Part shown: in pieces, positions 27,023 through 32,000 of the stretch | Layout of the letters: every line of letters begins with the position of its first letter | How positions within the stretch are numbered: the stretch's first letter is position 1 | Source: Candidatus Nitrosopumilus koreensis AR1 | Lineage (GTDB): Archaea; Thermoproteota; Nitrososphaeria; Nitrososphaerales; Nitrosopumilaceae | Direction of reading: 5' to 3' | DNA length: 32,000 nt | Assembly: GCF_000299365.1 (NCBI RefSeq) | Contig: NC_018655.1 | Span: 840,001-872,000 of the forward strand | The notes under the pieces: generated by a model | Told to the model about the DNA's origin: nothing | The model's database searches: none | The model's input: only the letters and a program-made list of their open reading frames with translations | Made by a program: the position numbers and the translations under genes

Positions 27023-27334
27023 ATGCTCATGGAAGAGACAAGTGAACCGCACGGTCAAGAGCAGACCAAAAAGTCTGAAACTGTTGTGCATATTGGAAAT
27101 GATCCTGTAATGCAATCTGCAGTTGATGTGTTATCAACCATAGGAAATACAAAAAAAGTAATCATTAGATCAAAAGGAAACTCAATTCCAAATGCAGTTG
27201 CAGTTGCAAACATCATCACTGAAAAAATGCTAAAAGGTAATTCCAAAGTAGAAAAAATTACACTAGATACAGATGCAGCAGCTGGTATTGGAAGAATGAC
27301 ATCAACGATAGAGATTATTTTGATTAAGTGTTAG
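27023..27334 (+). CDS. albA: DNA/RNA-binding protein Alba
   Basis: VVHIGNDPVMQSAVDVLSTIGNTKKVIIRSKGNSIPNAVAVANIITEKML...STIEIILIK. Confidence 0.93.
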   Translation: MLMEETSEPHGQEQTKKSETVVHIGNDPVMQSAVDVLSTIGNTKKVIIRSKGNSIPNAVAVANIITEKMLKGNSKVEKITLDTDAAAGIGRMTSTIEIILIKC

Positions 27335-27747
27335 TAAACGCTACCAGGGCCTTTCAAAAGCATGTTTTCACATTCTTTGCATACTTGTTCATCAATATTA
27401 GATTCCAAGTTATGATGAATTTCACAGATTAACAAGCTTGATTTGATGTAATTACACAATCCTATGAATTTGGACAAGCTAGATGGGGTGTATGCCATAT
27501 CAGATGAAAGATTTGAACTAAGTTCATCAATCAAATCTGAAACTTGTTTTTCTGCCAAAAGTTTTGCAATCAAAGATGGATCCCCTCTTGTACCTCGAAT
27601 GTAATTGCTTACTGCAGCTTGTGTGACTCCAAGCATTTTAGAAATTTCATCTTCTCGAATATTGTGATCTTCTGCAAGCTTTTTTGCAAGAATTGCGCGT
27701 AAAGCAGGAATAAGAGTTTTCGATTCAATTTCTGCAGGAAGTAGCAT
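27331..27747 (-). CDS. XRE-type helix-turn-helix transcriptional regulator
   Basis: ISKMLGVTQAAVSNYIRGTRG recognition helix; C-terminal CEIHH...CKEC possible metal site. Confidence 0.85.
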   Translation of the reverse strand: MLLPAEIESKTLIPALRAILAKKLAEDHNIREDEISKMLGVTQAAVSNYIRGTRGDPSLIAKLLAEKQVSDLIDELSSNLSSDMAYTPSSLSKFIGLCNYIKSSLLICEIHHNLESNIDEQVCKECENMLLKGPGSVY

Positions 27748-27856
27748 TAATTCTCAAGGGCTCTATAAAGAATTTAAAGTTTGCAATTACAAGACAGATG
27801 ATTTTACGTGTCAAATTAGGCATAGCTATTTTAATTTCAAAATAATTTATTTTGCA

Positions 27857-28801
27857 TTGGATGAGACATCTAAGGAACTTTACGATACACTAGAGAAATC
27901 ATGTAAATCATGCAAATCGGATTTAATTTCACTATCAGGAGGATTAGATAGTTCAATTATTGCATATTTTCTCAAGGAAAGAAAACCAAAAACACTTGCA
28001 ATAATTGCAGAGGATTTTGTTTCAACTGATCTTACATATTGTCAATTGGTTTCAAAAGAAATGGAGTTACCATTAACAATTTACAATGTGAAAACAGCGG
28101 ATATTTTAGAAGCAGTTGAGCAAACAATAAAAATTTTAAAAAATTTCAACGATATTGAGATCAGAAACAATGTTGTGATGTATCTTGCCATAAAATGGGC
28201 AAAAAATAATGGAATAAAATCAATAATTACTGGAGACGGAGCAGATGAATTGTTTGCAGGGTACAATTTTTTAGTTCACAAACCCGAAAAAGAACTAGAA
28301 TCGGAAATCAACAGAGTATGCTCAATTATGCATTTTCCAACACAAGAGATAGGAAAAGCGTTGGGAATAGAGATTGAATCGCCATTCCTAAATGAAAAAG
28401 TAGTCAATCTTGCAAAAAAGATTCCAGCAAATTTGAAGATAAAAAAAGAGGGTGAGAAAAAACATGGCAAGTGGATATTGCGAAAAACTTTTGAAAAATA
28501 CCTTCCTGAGCAAATTGTATGGAGAGAGAAATCACCTATGCAGGAAGGTTCAGGAACATCGGGACTAACAAATTTGTTTGAATCAATCATTGAAGAAGAA
28601 AAATATGTGGAAAAAAAATTAACTGTCGAAAAAGAAGATGACGTGATTATTAGAAGCAGAGAATCAATGCATTATTATGAAATTTTTAAGAAATTGTATG
28701 GATCACCTGTAGATAAAGATGCTAAAAATACATGCCCGTACTGCAAGCACAAGATAGTGAACTCAAAATTTTGCAGGATGTGCGGAGCATTTCCAATCTA
28801 A
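27857..28801 (+). CDS. Asparagine-synthetase-like ATP-PPi enzyme lacking the glutaminase domain, with C-terminal zinc ribbon
   Basis: TTG start; PP-loop SLSGGLDSSIIAYFLKE, ITGDGADELFAGYNF, FLNEKVVNLA, WILRKTFEKYLPEQIVWREKSPMQEGSG; C-terminus CPYCKHKIVNSKFCRMCG. Confidence 0.88.
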   Translation: MDETSKELYDTLEKSCKSCKSDLISLSGGLDSSIIAYFLKERKPKTLAIIAEDFVSTDLTYCQLVSKEMELPLTIYNVKTADILEAVEQTIKILKNFNDIEIRNNVVMYLAIKWAKNNGIKSIITGDGADELFAGYNFLVHKPEKELESEINRVCSIMHFPTQEIGKALGIEIESPFLNEKVVNLAKKIPANLKIKKEGEKKHGKWILRKTFEKYLPEQIVWREKSPMQEGSGTSGLTNLFESIIEEEKYVEKKLTVEKEDDVIIRSRESMHYYEIFKKLYGSPVDKDAKNTCPYCKHKIVNSKFCRMCGAFPI

Positions 28802-28803
28802 TC

Positions 28804-28941
28804 TTATTTGTATTTACGAGGTTTTTTGATAAATATTCTTCTGCAACCATTACAGCAGAAATAAAATTTCTTTCCATCATGTTCATGAAGTAATGCTAAT
28901 TCTTCATCAAGTTCAATTCCACAAACAGGATCAACTGGCAC
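28804..28941 (-). CDS. YHS-domain microprotein (45 aa), GTG start, below track cutoff
   Basis: MPVDPVCGIELDEELALLHEHDGKKFYFCCNGCRRIFIKKPRKYK; DPVCG...FYFCCNGCRRIF...P..Y is the YHS signature. Confidence 0.85.
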   Translation of the reverse strand: MPVDPVCGIELDEELALLHEHDGKKFYFCCNGCRRIFIKKPRKYK

Positions 28942-28989
28942 AAATTTTTCTTATGTAAATTCTATTTATAGATTCACCAAAAGATCGTA

Positions 28990-29379
28990 CTAGGAATTAA
29001 CAATTTCAAGTATTTTTTTTGGCAATGCGCCATAATCAGAATCAGGTTCAGATACAACATACAAAATATCCTCATTAATTGGGACACTTATTGCCAATGC
29101 TCTTTCACGTGAGGCCATTGCAAAATTTACTACACCTAGTTGCTTATCAAACTCTTTTCTCATTTTAACACGTAATGCAAGCTCCATGAAAATCATCTCA
29201 TCATCCTTTTCGTTTTCCAAAGGTTCAACATTTGGTTTCATACCACCTGCAACCAATCGACCTCGTTCATTAATCACACCTGCAAATCTAATTTTTGAAT
29301 CAATGGATAAAATTGAATCACAGATTTTTGAATAATCATAAATCTTTGCAGACATGCATTCACTACTCAAAAAGCCCAT
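28990..29379 (-). CDS. Conserved archaeal protein, likely roadblock-like fold
   Basis: KICDSILSIDSKIRFAGVINERGRLVAGGMK...MIFMELALRVKMRKEFDKQLGVVNF...ILYVVSEPDSDY; pattern matches 863..1255. Start may be internal (MSAKIYDY). Confidence 0.8.
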   Translation of the reverse strand: MGFLSSECMSAKIYDYSKICDSILSIDSKIRFAGVINERGRLVAGGMKPNVEPLENEKDDEMIFMELALRVKMRKEFDKQLGVVNFAMASRERALAISVPINEDILYVVSEPDSDYGALPKKILEIVNS

Positions 29380-29426
29380 TTATTATCTTTCTACAAAATT
29401 TTGAACAAAGTTATGAAAAAAGCATC

Positions 29427-30527
29427 TCAAGAAGTTAATTTTTTGACAAGACCAAGGAACTCGTCTTCAGAATAAGGAGGAATTTTCATTACTTCGAGAT
29501 TTTCAGAAACATGTTCTGAAGATTTTTGTCCAATCAGAGGAGCCAATACACCTGGACTTGAGCGTATGAATTGAAGTGCTCTTACAGAAGGTTTCAAATC
29601 ACTAAATTCAGGCATCACACCAGGTTGTAATAACCTGCCTTGCATTAATGGAACACTAGTAAAAACACCAATTCCCAATCTTGTGGCAGATTCTAATACA
29701 GAAACAGGATTATTTTCAATTGTTTGGGTTTTTCCAAGTAACGCTTGATCATAATACAAATTGAATGGTAATTGAATAAACTTGAATCCATTATTTTCTC
29801 CACCAACCTTTTTTGCCATATTTACTGTATCTTCTAACGAAAGGTATTGTGGATTATCATTTGCAACTCTAAAGCATTCCCAAGTAGCCATTCCATAGAA
29901 TTTAATTTTTCCTTCATCGCGTTTTTGTTCATACAATTCAAATACAGATTGAAGGTTTTTCAAAAATTGTTCTCGAGAGACATCTTTAATCTGACCTTCC
30001 ATTGCATTATGAAGATACATCAAATCAACACATTCTAAATCAAGATTTTTCAAACTACGATCTAATTGATCTGAAAGATATGTAGTAGTCATACAATGGT
30101 AGCCAGATGTGATGTCTCCTTCTTTGACAACACCTTTTTGAGCATACTCTTCTTTGACATATTCCCAAAATCCAAGCTGAACATCAGCATCATTTGTGAC
30201 GTATCCATTCTTTGTTGAGACAAATATCTGATCACGTGAAATCTTGTTTTCTTCAACGAGTTCTGAAATTGCTTTTCCAACAGAGCGTTCTGCTTTCTGT
30301 GCACGATAATTTATTGCAGTATCTACAACATTCACTCCAGATAAAATAGACTGTTTTACTGCACTAGTCACTAATTCATCAGTTCTAGCATCAGCATCAC
30401 CAAGGTAAGTCCCAATTCCAACATTTGACAGAGTAAGGTTTTGAAATTCCTTAAAATTCTCTTGATTTACACCTGAATTTTGAGCAAATTTTTTGGTTCC
30501 GTCAGGAGTTGCAAATCCAGTAATCAT
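29427..30527 (-). CDS. Aldo/keto reductase family protein
   Basis: GIGTYLGDAD, VDTAINYRAQKAERSVGKAI, VSTKNGY, VDLMYLHNAM, FIQLPFNLY motifs. Confidence 0.9.
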   Translation of the reverse strand: MITGFATPDGTKKFAQNSGVNQENFKEFQNLTLSNVGIGTYLGDADARTDELVTSAVKQSILSGVNVVDTAINYRAQKAERSVGKAISELVEENKISRDQIFVSTKNGYVTNDADVQLGFWEYVKEEYAQKGVVKEGDITSGYHCMTTTYLSDQLDRSLKNLDLECVDLMYLHNAMEGQIKDVSREQFLKNLQSVFELYEQKRDEGKIKFYGMATWECFRVANDNPQYLSLEDTVNMAKKVGGENNGFKFIQLPFNLYYDQALLGKTQTIENNPVSVLESATRLGIGVFTSVPLMQGRLLQPGVMPEFSDLKPSVRALQFIRSSPGVLAPLIGQKSSEHVSENLEVMKIPPYSEDEFLGLVKKLTS

Positions 30528-30558
30528 ATTTTTGGTTTAATTCTAACTAAATTTATGT

Positions 30559-31452
30559 TTAGACCACAGAATCAAGTAAAAAACTAATAACAAACAAGAC
30601 GCCTGTAATTCTACTAAACATCAAAGTAGAAGACATGAAAGGAATTAATTTTTCAACAGAATCATAGGTTTTCTTTAAACCAAATCCAGATTTTATCACC
30701 AAAGGAATGCTCAAAAAACTAATCAAAGAAAGAAGAGGAAACAGATTTAGAGATACACCCACAATTATTGCAGAGCAAGATACAAAGGGAAATATCCAAA
30801 ACAGTTTTGTTGCATTTTGTTTTCCAACCACTATCACCAGTGTTTTTCTGCCTTTTGATTTGTCTGCATCATGATCTGGAAACGATGCAATGAATAAAAC
30901 CAACGAAGACAGAGAGCCAACAACCATTCCTGCAAGAATTGATTCGGTAGTTATTTGTCCAGATTGAATAAAAAAAGTTCCCATTATAATCATAGCCCCC
31001 TTTACTGCAACAAAAAATTCCCCTAATCCAGAATCAACAATTTTTGTAGAGTAAAAGTAGATAGACAGTATTGCAAATCCCAGAATAATTGCAATGATTA
31101 TTCCATCAGTAATTACAAAATATGCCCCAATTGCAGAGCCAATTAATAGAAATGCAATTCCAGCGCGATATACACTAGATGGTTTTAGTAATCCTTCTGG
31201 AAGAACACCAGTTCCACCACTCATCTTTGTTTTTGGAGTCTTTGCATCTATTCCACGTTTAAAATCCCAAAAATCATTTAGTAAATCAACACTCGCATGA
31301 AGTGCCAAAACTCCTGCAAAAGTCAAAAATGCATCAAATACATCAATAGTTGAATTTTGCCACCAATTCAAAGCAAGACCTACAGAGACTGCAATTATAG
31401 ATGCAAACAAAAAACGAATTCGAATGACTCTAAACCATACAGTGAGCATCAA
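30559..31452 (-). CDS. UbiA-family prenyltransferase (MenA-like)
   Basis: NDFWDFKRGIDAKT and DHDADKSKGRKT aspartate motifs; multiple transmembrane helices. Confidence 0.9.
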   Translation of the reverse strand: MMLTVWFRVIRIRFLFASIIAVSVGLALNWWQNSTIDVFDAFLTFAGVLALHASVDLLNDFWDFKRGIDAKTPKTKMSGGTGVLPEGLLKPSSVYRAGIAFLLIGSAIGAYFVITDGIIIAIILGFAILSIYFYSTKIVDSGLGEFFVAVKGAMIIMGTFFIQSGQITTESILAGMVVGSLSSLVLFIASFPDHDADKSKGRKTLVIVVGKQNATKLFWIFPFVSCSAIIVGVSLNLFPLLSLISFLSIPLVIKSGFGLKKTYDSVEKLIPFMSSTLMFSRITGVLFVISFLLDSVV

Positions 31453-31535
31453 GAATAATATAATTTTTTTAGTATAATATTCATGAGTTTTGTATTAAAG
31501 CCAGTATTTATTAAAAAAATCAATCAAACCCAATC

Positions 31536-31739
31536 ATGATAATTGGCAGAGTTTTAGACAATGAGAAGAGAGTGAAATTTGACACAGATGTTTTCTGCAC
31601 AGATTGTGGAAAAAAGGTGCCAGGAGGACTTCAGACAGGAGAATCATACTATCAAACTCAAGAATTTCTAGTAGAATTAGAGAATTTTAAAAAAAACTAT
31701 CTGTGTGGGGTTTGCCGAGATAAAAAAAGAAGAAATTAG
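31536..31739 (+). CDS. Small putative zinc-binding protein (67 aa)
   Basis: FCTDCGKKVPGG...YLCGVCRDKKRRN. Confidence 0.7.
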   Translation: MIIGRVLDNEKRVKFDTDVFCTDCGKKVPGGLQTGESYYQTQEFLVELENFKKNYLCGVCRDKKRRN

Positions 31740-32000
31740 AGTTCTTCCTCTTCTTCCCATTCTTCTTCAATATTGGTTTTTGATTTCTTTAAGAACATAA
31801 AGACAACAACACCAACCATAAGAATTCCTGCAATTACAATGTAAATTATCCATTCAGGTAATTCCAAATCAATTGCATCAAATGTTTTTTGAGGAGCGTC
31901 AACGTTTACAGTGAATGAATCCTGGCCTTCAGCATACCCTTCAGCAGTTGCAATTATGTCAAATGAGATCGATGGACCTTCAAATGCAGTCAAACTCACA
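31736..32000 (-). CDS. C-terminal part of a secreted or membrane-anchored protein (5' end outside window)
   Basis: Frame open to the window end; beta-rich extracellular segment, then WIIYIVIAGILMVGVVVFMFL transmembrane helix and acidic tail. Confidence 0.75.
   Translation of the reverse strand, partial: VSLTAFEGPSISFDIIATAEGYAEGQDSFTVNVDAPQKTFDAIDLELPEWIIYIVIAGILMVGVVVFMFLKKSKTNIEEEWEEEEEL

Noticed and set aside
1-32000. CRISPR array, integrase/transposase, toxin-antitoxin or phage-defence system
   Set aside because: No regularly spaced direct repeats, no mobile-element enzyme motifs and no recognisable defence proteins; the RecB-like nuclease alone is not evidence of defence.

Overview
This 32 kb window is dense archaeal chromosome. 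Gene content points to an ammonia-oxidising thaumarchaeon (Nitrososphaerota, Nitrosopumilus-like); this is inferred from protein sequence, with no database search. Backbone genes are a translationally coupled trpE-G-D-C-B-A operon, pyrG, an NAD kinase, a PfkB-type kinase, an orphan sensor histidine kinase, ribosomal proteins S26e and S25e, a CDP-alcohol phosphatidyltransferase, an ORF-thrS-ureohydrolase operon divergent from deoxyhypusine synthase, RNA polymerase subunit K, Alba, an asparagine-synthetase-like enzyme lacking the glutaminase domain, an aldo/keto reductase and a UbiA prenyltransferase. The first 6.6 kb is an islet of small poorly characterised genes that includes a RecB-like nuclease. 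I found no CRISPR array, transposase, integrase, rRNA, tRNA or recognisable defence system. The most notable observations are: (1) at least six Cys/His-rich microprotein ORFs of 34-56 aa, including a textbook C2H2 finger and a YHS domain, missed by the supplied ORF track because of its size cutoff; (2) an apparent 1-nt frameshift at an A7 homopolymer in the NAD kinase gene; (3) a perfect TACCGTA-N3-TACGGTA palindrome placed like an operator between the TATA box and start codon of the trp operon, with no trpF in the operon; (4) a compact three-way-junction-like structured element directly after trpA; (5) a stand-alone asparagine synthetase domain with a C-terminal zinc ribbon. None of these alone proves a new system.
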